A stretch of 64,000 nucleotides of DNA, taken from Deferrisomatales bacterium. GTDB taxonomy: Bacteria; Desulfobacterota; Deferrisomatia; Deferrisomatales; JACRMM01. The position numbers and the translations under genes were made by a program. Positions 28,552 through 36,333 of the stretch are shown piece after piece; position 1 is the first letter of the stretch; each line of letters opens with the position of its first letter. The notes beneath the pieces are model-generated. The model ran no database searches. It had not been told where the DNA came from and was given only the letters and a program-made list of their open reading frames with translations. The stretch is from assembly GCA_033551855.1 (NCBI GenBank), contig JAWSUI010000001.1, forward strand, positions 32,001-96,000, read 5' to 3'.

Positions 28552-28971
28552 ATGCAATCAGCCAGAACGGCTCTTGCTGTCTTGGTCCTCCTTGTTCTGG
28601 CGGCCTGTGCCAGCCCGCAAAAGCAGATACTGGACACCAAAGAGTCTCAAGTAAAACTGCGCGCAATGCAAAGCCGCGCCTTCGATACTACAGACAAGAA
28701 CAAGATGCTTCGAGTAGCAATATCTACACTTCAGGACCTTGGATTCGTAGTTGATGGAGCAGATGCAGCACTTGGAACGGTCTCTGCAACAAAAAGGTCG
28801 GGATACGCCCTGAGAATGACCGTTTCTGTTCGATCCAGAGGGGAGTCTCAACTAGTGGTTAGGGCGAATGCCCAATACAATCTCCAGACAGTAGAAGATC
28901 CTGAGCCGTACCAGCAGTTTTTCTCCTCATTATCCAAGGGACTGTTTTTGGAAGCGCAACAAATTGAGTGA
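28552..28971 (+). CDS. Uncharacterised lipoprotein
   Basis: Lipobox LAA-C; QSRAFDT...LQDLGF...YQQFFSSLSKGLFL; AGGAGG SD. Confidence 0.8.
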   Translation: MQSARTALAVLVLLVLAACASPQKQILDTKESQVKLRAMQSRAFDTTDKNKMLRVAISTLQDLGFVVDGADAALGTVSATKRSGYALRMTVSVRSRGESQLVVRANAQYNLQTVEDPEPYQQFFSSLSKGLFLEAQQIE

Positions 28972-29063
28972 GGCCAAGGCATAATAACACAAGCCCCAAT
29001 GTACGGGCCGGTCACTGCGAAGCAACCCGCGTGCACCCCAGGGAGGGGTAGCTTGGCGTCAGG

Positions 29064-29552
29064 TCAGAACGGCACGTCGTCGTTGGGGTCGAAGGCGGCG
29101 TCCTCCGGGCCGGGGAAGTCGTCGGGGCCGCCCCCGCCCGCGGCGGGGGCGGGCTTCGGGGCCGGGCGGCTGCTCGCGGCCCGGGGACCCTCGAACCCCC
29201 CGGCCTCCGCCCCCTGGCCCTTGGTCCGGCCCAGGAACTGGACGTCGTTCACGACGATCTCGGTCGTGTAGCGGTTGTTGCCTTCCTTGTCCTGCCACTT
29301 CCGGGTCTGGATACGGCCCTCGATGTAGACCGTCGACCCCTTCTGCAGGTATTGGTTGCACAGCTCCGCCTGCCGCGCCCAGGCGACGATGTTGTGCCAC
29401 TCGGTGTGGTCGACCCACTCCTCCCCCTGCTTGCGGCGCTCCGTCGTGGCCAGGCTGAAGGTGCACACCGCCGTCCCGCTCTGGGTGTAGCGGATCTCCG
29501 GGTCTTTGCCCAGATTCCCGATCAGGATCGCCTTGTTGACGCCTCTGGCCAT
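29064..29552 (-). CDS. ssb: Single-stranded DNA-binding protein
   Basis: VNKAILIGNLGKDPEIRY, TEWHNIV, VYIEGRIQTRKW, acidic tail DDVPF. Confidence 0.97.
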   Translation of the reverse strand: MARGVNKAILIGNLGKDPEIRYTQSGTAVCTFSLATTERRKQGEEWVDHTEWHNIVAWARQAELCNQYLQKGSTVYIEGRIQTRKWQDKEGNNRYTTEIVVNDVQFLGRTKGQGAEAGGFEGPRAASSRPAPKPAPAAGGGGPDDFPGPEDAAFDPNDDVPF

Positions 29553-29654
29553 GGTGCCTCCGCGGGTCTCGGGGGGAGTCGTGGGGGGCAGTTTAGCGGC
29601 CGGTCCCCGGAGGGGTCAAGGTCGGCAGGCCTTAAGAATCCACCGTCAGACTCT

Positions 29655-29865
29655 TGGGTTCATCCGGGAAATGACCGGGTACTCGTGTCCAGGGACGACC
29701 GGGTGGGCCCGGCCACGCAGGCGGACAGCCGCTCGACAGGAGCAGCCACTTCGGGAGCCGCGATGCCGCGCGGATTCCGGATGCGGCGCGGGAGCACACC
29801 TATTGTACAGCCCGGCATCATCTGCCGGAGGGGGCGGGCCCACCCGGTCGTTCACCGGAAGAACC
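29655..29865. mobile_element. MITE-like element, copy B (inverted relative to copy A, with an extra nested end)
   Basis: 29695-29865 is the reverse complement of copy A with scattered substitutions; an extra end motif GGGTTCATCCGGGAAATGACCGGGT starts at about 29656. Confidence 0.7.
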
Positions 29866-30066
29866 GACTCTTGGGCGGTGTCGGGGAGCCGTGGAGCGCA
29901 GCCCCGCACCGCCTCGACCGATGGGCCCAAGCCCGCAGAAACCGGTGAGGCCGGGCGTACCCGCTTCCTCCCCAACGCCTCGTCCGGATACCGCAGATGG
30001 CGGGGCGGAGCGGAGGGGCTCCCCGAGCCCGGGCACTTGCCAGGCGGTGGATCCAGGGCCCAACGC

Positions 30067-30948
30067 TCACCAAGCCCAGGAGAGGCCGGCCCCCGTGACC
30101 CCCGGGCCCAGGACCAGACCCCACCGGGGCAGCGCCCCCTCCTCCCGGCTCCGGAAGAAGCGCCCCTCCTCCCGGCGGTTCCACTTGTGGGCAGCGTTGA
30201 CTGCGCTGGCGATGTTGCCCGAGTACCAGCCGAGCTCGAAGAACCCGAGCACGCCCGCCAGGGCCCACTGCTCCCGCCGCGCGGCCTCGTAGGTTCCCCA
30301 CAGGAAGGCGGCGTTCAGGAAGAAGGAGACCGCCGCGTCCCGGGGGCGGTCGGTATAGAGGTGCCCCGCCCCCGGCAGGACCGCCGCCAGGGTGCCGGCG
30401 GCCCGGGGGCTCTTTCGGGGGAGCTCGCGATACTGGTCGGCGAGGTCCGCCCGGGCGCCCTCCGACAGGCGCTCGGCACCCACCCGCAGGAGCGCCAGGG
30501 TGCCGAGGGTGGCCGACGCGGGGGGCGCCCCGGGGGTCAGGAGCACCCGGGCGGCGTCCGTGTAGCGCTCCCCCCGATAGAGGGCGGAACCCAGGAGCCA
30601 GCGCGCCTCCTCCCCGTCGGGGAGCCGCCCGAAGGCGGCCGCAGCCTCGTCCCACCGGCCGGCTTGGGCGTAGGCCCGCCCCAGGCCCTCCACCGCCCGG
30701 AGCACCTGGGGGTGCTCACCGAAGTGGTGGAGGAACCGAAGGTACTCGGTGGCCGCCCGGAAGCTCTCCCCCGCAGCGAGCAGCGCCTGGGCGAAGGACA
30801 GGATCCCCTCGGGGGTGGCCGGTGGGGCCGCCTCCTCCGCCCGGGTCGGCGCGGCGGCACTCAGGACGAGCAGGAGGAGGAGGGCACCCCAGACCCCCCC
30901 CCGGCGCCGCCCGGCCGCCCGGCGGCCCCCCGCCCGCTCAGGGCGCAA
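30067..30948 (-). CDS. Exported TPR-repeat protein with a C-terminal membrane (TM2-like) segment
   Basis: Signal-like LLLLLVLSAAA, TPR-like RAATEYLRFL..LGRAY..WDEAAAAF, KSPRAAGTLAAVLPGAGHLY; start uncertain. Confidence 0.7.
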   Translation of the reverse strand: MRPERAGGRRAAGRRRGGVWGALLLLLVLSAAAPTRAEEAAPPATPEGILSFAQALLAAGESFRAATEYLRFLHHFGEHPQVLRAVEGLGRAYAQAGRWDEAAAAFGRLPDGEEARWLLGSALYRGERYTDAARVLLTPGAPPASATLGTLALLRVGAERLSEGARADLADQYRELPRKSPRAAGTLAAVLPGAGHLYTDRPRDAAVSFFLNAAFLWGTYEAARREQWALAGVLGFFELGWYSGNIASAVNAAHKWNRREEGRFFRSREEGALPRWGLVLGPGVTGAGLSWAW

Positions 30949-31351
30949 GCCGCCCCCGCAGGAACGCCAGGTCGTCCTCGACGGGGGAGTACACCTTCCA
31001 GCGCCCCCCGACGAAGATCCGGGGGGCGAAGGCCGCCTCGTCCGCCTCGGCCTGGAGCCTGCCGGCGGTGAGCACGGCGCCCAGGACCGGCCCGTGGGTG
31101 CGAACCGCCTCGAGGGCGTACGCGGAGCAGGTGGGGTGGGAGGGGCAGCGGTCCCCGTCCACCCGGCTCACGGTGGCCCGGTAGGCCTTCACGGCCCACT
31201 CGAGCGCCACAGCAGCCGGGTTCGTGGGACCGACGTCTGCGCCGTGGTCCGACGCAGGTCTCTGCACACGCCAGCCGGGCGGATCCCACCCCGCCCCCGC
31301 GAGGGACGGCGCCCCGAGCAGCCACAGGGCCAGGAGGAGGAGGCTCCTCAA
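30938..31351 (-). CDS. YidD-like (membrane protein insertion efficiency factor domain) protein with a signal-like N-terminus
   Basis: YRATVSRVDGDRCPSHPTCSAYALEAVRTHG; TTG start overlaps the stop of the upstream gene. Confidence 0.72.
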   Translation of the reverse strand: MRSLLLLALWLLGAPSLAGAGWDPPGWRVQRPASDHGADVGPTNPAAVALEWAVKAYRATVSRVDGDRCPSHPTCSAYALEAVRTHGPVLGAVLTAGRLQAEADEAAFAPRIFVGGRWKVYSPVEDDLAFLRGRLAP

Positions 31352-31863
31352 AAGTAGTACCGCATGCCCAGGTTGACGAAGCTCTCCCCGCTGGTCCCGA
31401 AGGTGGTCCGGTCGCCCACGTCGGTCAGCCCGAGGCCCACTTCGCCGGTGAAACCCAGGTTGGGGAGGCCCTGGAAGAAGTACTCCACGCCGGCGAAGGC
31501 CTCCGCGGCGACCCCGTTGTCCGAGCTCCCGCTCCGCCGCTCCCGGAGCCACGCCAAGCCGCCGCCGCCGTAGGCGTGGAGGTTCTCCTCCTCGACGAAC
31601 TTGATCAGGAAGCGCCCGCCGAGGTTGTAGAAGCGCTCATCCGGCCCATCGTCCCGGTCCACTAGGCGGAACCCGCCCAGGAACTCCACCGCGAGCTGGC
31701 GGTCGATCCAGTACCGGACGGCCACGGACGAGAGCCCCGAGCCCTCCGGGGCAAACCCCTTGCTGAACCCCACACCCCACATGCCGGAGAGGTCCTTCGC
31801 GCCCGCGGGCAGGGCGAAGAGAAGCAGGGCCAGGCTCAGGGTCAAGGCGATGGTGCGTCTCAT
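31348..31863 (-). CDS. Small outer-membrane beta-barrel protein
   Basis: Signal peptide ending AGA, alternating beta strands, C-terminal LGMRYYF; GAGGAGG SD. Confidence 0.8.
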   Translation of the reverse strand: MRRTIALTLSLALLLFALPAGAKDLSGMWGVGFSKGFAPEGSGLSSVAVRYWIDRQLAVEFLGGFRLVDRDDGPDERFYNLGGRFLIKFVEEENLHAYGGGGLAWLRERRSGSSDNGVAAEAFAGVEYFFQGLPNLGFTGEVGLGLTDVGDRTTFGTSGESFVNLGMRYYF

Positions 31864-31936
31864 GGTCTTCCTCCTCATGACGTGCTGCAGGTGACGGCCC
31901 GGCGGCCCCGTGCCGCGCTCCGGAGCGGGCCGCGGT

Positions 31937-32926
31937 TCACTCCTGGTTGTGGCGGTACACGAGCCGCGGAGCCTCGTGGGTGACCTTGGTCTGAGGGGGC
32001 ACGCTCTCGGTGAGCCAGACGTTTCCTCCGATGACGCACCCGCGGCCAATCACGGTGTGGCCCCCCAGGATGGTGGCGCCCGAGTAGATGACCACGTCGT
32101 CCTCGATGGTCGGGTGGCGCTTGGTGCCGCGCACGAGCAGCCCCCCCTCGTCGCGGACGAAGGACAGGGCGCCGAGGGTCACCCCCTGGTACAGGGTGAC
32201 CCGGTCGCCGATCTCGCAGGTCTCGCCGATGACGACCCCCGTGCCGTGGTCGATGAAGAACTCCCGGCCGATGGAGGCGCCCGGGTGGATGTCGATGCCG
32301 GTCGCACCGTGGGCGTGCTCCGCCATCATGCGGGGGAGGACCGGGACCCCGAGCCGGTGCAGGGCGTGGGCCAGCCGATAGACGCTGACGGCGTAGAGGC
32401 CGGGGTAGCTGAAGACGACCTCGTCGTAGCTCTTCGCCGCCGGGTCCCCGCGGTAGGCAGCCACCACGTCCCCGGAGACGAGCTCCCGCACGGTGGGAAT
32501 CGCCTTGAGGAACTCGAGCGCCTGGCGCTGCCCTGTCTCGAGGCAGTGGGAGCACAGGCTCTCCGTGCGGCGGCACTCGTGGCGGATCGATCGGGAGACC
32601 TGGAGGCTCAAACGGTCGAAGAGCTCCGTGGCTTCCTGCCCCACGTGGTAGGGAAGGCTCGCCCAGTCCACCTCCTGACGGCCGAAGAAGCCGGGGAACA
32701 CCAGGTCGCGCATGAGCTCGATGAGCCCGGTGACCTCGTCCTTCGAGGGGATGAGGGCGGCCTCCACGTGCGCCACGTGGGGCACCGTGCGGCAACTGGC
32801 GACGATGGCGTCCACCGCCGCGGGAAGCTCGTCGCGAAACCGCCGATGGTGTTCCTGGGTCGCCTGACAGACGTCCTGCTCGGCCATCAGGTCGGCGATG
32901 GAAGGGATCTGCTGCTTGGGGGTCAT
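31937..32926 (-). CDS. cysE: Serine O-acetyltransferase (CysE/EpsC type)
   Basis: GDPAAKS..YPG, TGIDIHPGA.IG..FFIDHGTGVVIGET, YQGVTLG, KRHPTIED; ATGA-coupled to the UbiD-family gene. Confidence 0.93.
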   Translation of the reverse strand: MTPKQQIPSIADLMAEQDVCQATQEHHRRFRDELPAAVDAIVASCRTVPHVAHVEAALIPSKDEVTGLIELMRDLVFPGFFGRQEVDWASLPYHVGQEATELFDRLSLQVSRSIRHECRRTESLCSHCLETGQRQALEFLKAIPTVRELVSGDVVAAYRGDPAAKSYDEVVFSYPGLYAVSVYRLAHALHRLGVPVLPRMMAEHAHGATGIDIHPGASIGREFFIDHGTGVVIGETCEIGDRVTLYQGVTLGALSFVRDEGGLLVRGTKRHPTIEDDVVIYSGATILGGHTVIGRGCVIGGNVWLTESVPPQTKVTHEAPRLVYRHNQE

Positions 32927-34758
32927 GGTGCACGCTCCTGAGAGAGGAGGCCCAGTCGACGCGCCGCGACCTCGGCGGCCCGGCGGGCCTCGGGGGGGTG
33001 GGAGACCTCGGGGGGCCAGGGGCGCGGGTGCCCTTCGCCGGGACCCTTGGTGGTGGCGTCCACGGCGATCTTTCGCCCCAGTACCCGCACGTCCCGGCAG
33101 GGGTCCACGCTGCTGAGCGCCCTCCAGGCGAGAAACCGGAGGTCCTCCCCCCCGGTCCCCTCCACCGCCACCGACACGTCGACGCCGGGGGTCTCGAGGG
33201 CCGCCTCCGCCAGGGCGGCACCCTCCCCGACCCGGGACTTCTCGAGGACGAGGAGCGCCAGCCCCCGGCGCGCCTCCGGCACCGGGATCCGGCACGCCTT
33301 CAGACCCGGGAACCGCCCGGAGAGCTCCCGGAGGAGCTCCTCCTCCCCGGGCACCGTGCCTCCGGGGGGCTCCGGGGACCCCTGGGTCGGCTCCCCCGGC
33401 AGCGGGCCGGTGGCGTCGATGCCGAGCTTGCCGCCCCACAGGGCCTGGGGGCTCGCGTGGTCCAGCGCGTCGAGCACGCCCTCGCAGAATACCAGCCCTT
33501 CGGGGATGCGGGCGCGGTCCAGGAGGGCCCGGCACGCGGCCCGGGGGTCGCGCACGTCCGCGTCGGGGTCCAGGGCCGCCAGGATCTTGGTGAAGCTCAT
33601 CTGCCCCGCCCCCCACAGCCCCTGGAAGAGCCTCCGTGCCTGCATGGGATAGTGCTTGTCCAGGGTCAGGAGCGCAAGGTTGTGAAACACCCCCTCTGCC
33701 GGCAGGTGCATCTCCCGCACCTCGGGCCACTGGGTCCGGAGAAGGGGGCGGAAGATCCGCTCGGTGGCGTACCCGAGCCACTCGTCCTCCATGGGGGGAA
33801 TCCCGACCACCGTGGCGAAGTACAGGGGGTCCCGCCGGTGGGTCACGGCGGTCACGTGAAAGACCGGGTAGGGCTCGGCCGGGGAGTAGACCCCGGTGTG
33901 GTCCCCGAAGGGGCCCTCGACCCGCTCTTCCCCGGGGTCCACGTACCCTTCGAGGACGATCTCGGCCGTGGCGGGCACCTGGAGGTCCACGGTGACGCAC
34001 CGGGTCAGTGACACGGGCTTCTTCCGGATGAACCCGGCCAGGAGGAGCTCGTCCACCCCGTGGGGCATGGGTGCCGTGGCGCAGTACGTGACCACGGGGT
34101 CCGTGCCGATGGCGACGGCCACCTCCATGCGCTGCCCGGAGCGGCGGTGGAGCCCGTGGGTCCGGCTCCCGTCCTTGTGGACGTGCCAGTGCATCCCGGT
34201 TGTGCGTCGGTCGAAGACCTGGAGGCGGTACATGCCCAGGTTCTGCCTGCCGGTCTCGGGGTCCCGGGTGAACACGCAGGGGAGGGTCACGAAGGGCCCC
34301 CCGTCCCCCGGCCAGCAGGTCAGGACCGGCAGCCGGGTGAGGTCCACGTCGTCCCCCGTGCGCACCACCTCCTGACACGGGGCCCGGCCCCGGTGGCGCC
34401 GGGGCGGAACCCCCCTGAGCTCCAGCAGGGTGGGCAGGAGCCGGAGGGCATCCCCCAGCCCCCGGGGGGGCGCCGTGGAGAGGAGCCCCTCGATGCGCCG
34501 CGGGATCTCCTCCACGTCCTCGACCCCGAGGGCGATGCACAGCCGGCGCCGGCTCCCGAAGGCGTTCACCAACACGGGCATCCCGTGCCCTGTCGGCCGC
34601 TCGAAGAGCAGAGCCTGGCCCCCCCCCGGCGCCTTCATGGCCAGGTCGGCCAGGGCCGGGATCTCCAGCCGGGGGGAGAGGGGGTCGGGCACGCGCCGGA
34701 GCTCTCCGGCCCGGTCCAGGGCGGTCACGAACTCCCGCAGGGAAGGAAAGGCGGCCAT
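32923..34758 (-). CDS. ubiD: UbiD-family (prFMN-dependent) decarboxylase, menaquinone-biosynthesis type
   Basis: LPVLTCWPGDGGPFVTLP, NLGMYRLQV, MHWHVHKDG, EIVLEG, EGPFGDHTGVY, ALDHAS...GKLGIDAT; divergent from mqnA. Confidence 0.9.
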   Translation of the reverse strand: MAAFPSLREFVTALDRAGELRRVPDPLSPRLEIPALADLAMKAPGGGQALLFERPTGHGMPVLVNAFGSRRRLCIALGVEDVEEIPRRIEGLLSTAPPRGLGDALRLLPTLLELRGVPPRRHRGRAPCQEVVRTGDDVDLTRLPVLTCWPGDGGPFVTLPCVFTRDPETGRQNLGMYRLQVFDRRTTGMHWHVHKDGSRTHGLHRRSGQRMEVAVAIGTDPVVTYCATAPMPHGVDELLLAGFIRKKPVSLTRCVTVDLQVPATAEIVLEGYVDPGEERVEGPFGDHTGVYSPAEPYPVFHVTAVTHRRDPLYFATVVGIPPMEDEWLGYATERIFRPLLRTQWPEVREMHLPAEGVFHNLALLTLDKHYPMQARRLFQGLWGAGQMSFTKILAALDPDADVRDPRAACRALLDRARIPEGLVFCEGVLDALDHASPQALWGGKLGIDATGPLPGEPTQGSPEPPGGTVPGEEELLRELSGRFPGLKACRIPVPEARRGLALLVLEKSRVGEGAALAEAALETPGVDVSVAVEGTGGEDLRFLAWRALSSVDPCRDVRVLGRKIAVDATTKGPGEGHPRPWPPEVSHPPEARRAAEVAARRLGLLSQERAP

Positions 34759-34900
34759 GGGACTTACTGGGACCTCGTTCGACCCCGAAAGACGGAACAA
34801 CCCGAACCGGCTGGGCGGCACATCCCGGGGCCCAAGACCCTCCGCGTTTCGGGGCGGGGGCCTGCCTCTCCGCAGAGGCGGAGGATCGAGGGGGTCCGCC

Positions 34901-34930
34901 TTGACCGGCCCGGAGGGTCCCGCGTACGCT
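34901..34930 (+). promoter_or_regulatory. Putative sigma70 promoter of the Nudix-mqnA unit
   Basis: TTGACC-18 nt-TACGCT. Confidence 0.4.
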
Positions 34931-34983
34931 ACGCCGAGCCGCTCACCGGGCGGGTATCCGACTGTAGCAGAGGAGAAAAGACT

Positions 34984-35499
34984 CTGTCCACCCGGCGCAC
35001 CCTCTACCGGGGCTCCGTCGTCGATCTCGGCGTGGAGGAGGCCGTGCTCCCCGGGGGCCGCACCCTGCCCCTCGAGGTAGTGCGCCACCCGGGGGGTGCC
35101 GCCGCCGTGGCCGTCGACCACCGGGGGCGGGTGTGCCTGCTGCGCCAGTTCCGCCACGCGGTGGGCGGCTGGCTGTGGGAGATCCCGGCCGGAAAGTTGG
35201 ACCCGGGGGAAACGCCCGAGCGCACCGCGCGGCGGGAACTGGAGGAGGAGGCTGGGGTGCGGGCCGGGACCTGGCTCTCCCTCGGGCAGATCGTGACCGC
35301 GCCGGGGTTCTGCGACGAGGTCATCCACCTCTTCCTCGCCCAGGACCTGGAGACGGGAAACCCCCGGCCGGAGGACCACGAGGTGCTCGAGGTCCACTGG
35401 GTGGACCTGGGGGAGGCCCTGCGCCGGGCCGCCGGAGAGCTCCGGGACGCCAAGACCGTCGCCGGCCTCTTCCGGGCTCGGGAAGCTCTCCGCCGATGA
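34984..35499 (+). CDS. Nudix hydrolase, ADP-ribose pyrophosphatase/NudF-like (start uncertain: CTG 34984 or GTG 35032)
   Basis: EVVRHPGG, RQFRHAV, WEIPAGKLDPGETPERTARRELEEEAG Nudix box, PGFCDE, DAKT. Confidence 0.88.
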   Translation: MSTRRTLYRGSVVDLGVEEAVLPGGRTLPLEVVRHPGGAAAVAVDHRGRVCLLRQFRHAVGGWLWEIPAGKLDPGETPERTARRELEEEAGVRAGTWLSLGQIVTAPGFCDEVIHLFLAQDLETGNPRPEDHEVLEVHWVDLGEALRRAAGELRDAKTVAGLFRAREALRR

Positions 35500-36329
35500 G
35501 CCCTGCGCCTCCCCTCCCCCCGCCGCTGCGGGTCGGCCGGATCGGGTTCGCCAACTGCACGCCCCTCTTCCTGGCCCTCGAAGAAGGGGGCGCCTTGCCC
35601 GGGGTGGTGTTCGTTCCGGGGATCCCCACCGAGCTCAACGCAGCCCTGCGGGACGGGCGGATCCACCTCTCCCCCTCGTCCTCCGTGGAGTACCTCCGCC
35701 GGCCGGATCTCTACGGGTTCCTCCCGGACCTCTCCATCTCTTCTCTGGGCCCCGTGGAGTCGGTGGTCCTCTTCAGCCGCCGCCCCCTGGGGGAGCTGGA
35801 CGGGCGGTCGGTCGGCCTCACCCCGGCGTCGGCGACGTCGGTGGTCCTCCTGCGGGTCCTCCTCGAGGGGCGCCTCGGGGTGCGGCCCCATTACGTGGCA
35901 CCGGAGGAAGACCCCGAGGCCGTGCTGTGGATCGGCGACCGGGCGCTGCAGGAGGCCCGGGGCGGGGCGTGGCCCTTCACCCACGACCTGGGGGCCCTCT
36001 GGCACGAGGCCACGGGGACCCCCTTCGTGTTCGCCCTGTGGATCTGCCGGCGGGATGCCTACGCCGCCGCCCCCGACGCCGTCCGGGATTTCTACCGGGA
36101 GCTGGTCCGGGCCCGGCAGCGGGCCTATCGGAGCTACCCCGCCTACGCCCGCCGCTCCCCGGAGGCGGCGTGGATGGGACAGAAGGGGCTTCTGGACTAC
36201 TGGCAGACGATCTCCTACGACCTCACCGCCTGGCATGTCCAGGGGCTGCGGCGCTTCGCCGAGGAGGCGACGGCCCTGGGGCTCCTGCCGGGGACGGCCC
36301 CCCTGAACCCCCTGCCGGTGGAGGGGTGA
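35496..36329 (+). CDS. mqnA: Chorismate dehydratase (futalosine pathway)
   Basis: RVGRIGFANCTPL, PTELN, SSSVEY, GPVESV, SATSVVLL, IGDRAL, DLGALW..TGTPFVFALW. Confidence 0.88.
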   Translation: MSPAPPLPPPLRVGRIGFANCTPLFLALEEGGALPGVVFVPGIPTELNAALRDGRIHLSPSSSVEYLRRPDLYGFLPDLSISSLGPVESVVLFSRRPLGELDGRSVGLTPASATSVVLLRVLLEGRLGVRPHYVAPEEDPEAVLWIGDRALQEARGGAWPFTHDLGALWHEATGTPFVFALWICRRDAYAAAPDAVRDFYRELVRARQRAYRSYPAYARRSPEAAWMGQKGLLDYWQTISYDLTAWHVQGLRRFAEEATALGLLPGTAPLNPLPVEG

Positions 36330-36333
36330 CCCG

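Noticed and set aside
27250..29552. Low-GC islet plus ssb as a prophage or integrative element
   Set aside because: No integrase, tRNA, att-like direct repeats or phage genes were seen; ssb has host-like GC and a normal acidic tail.
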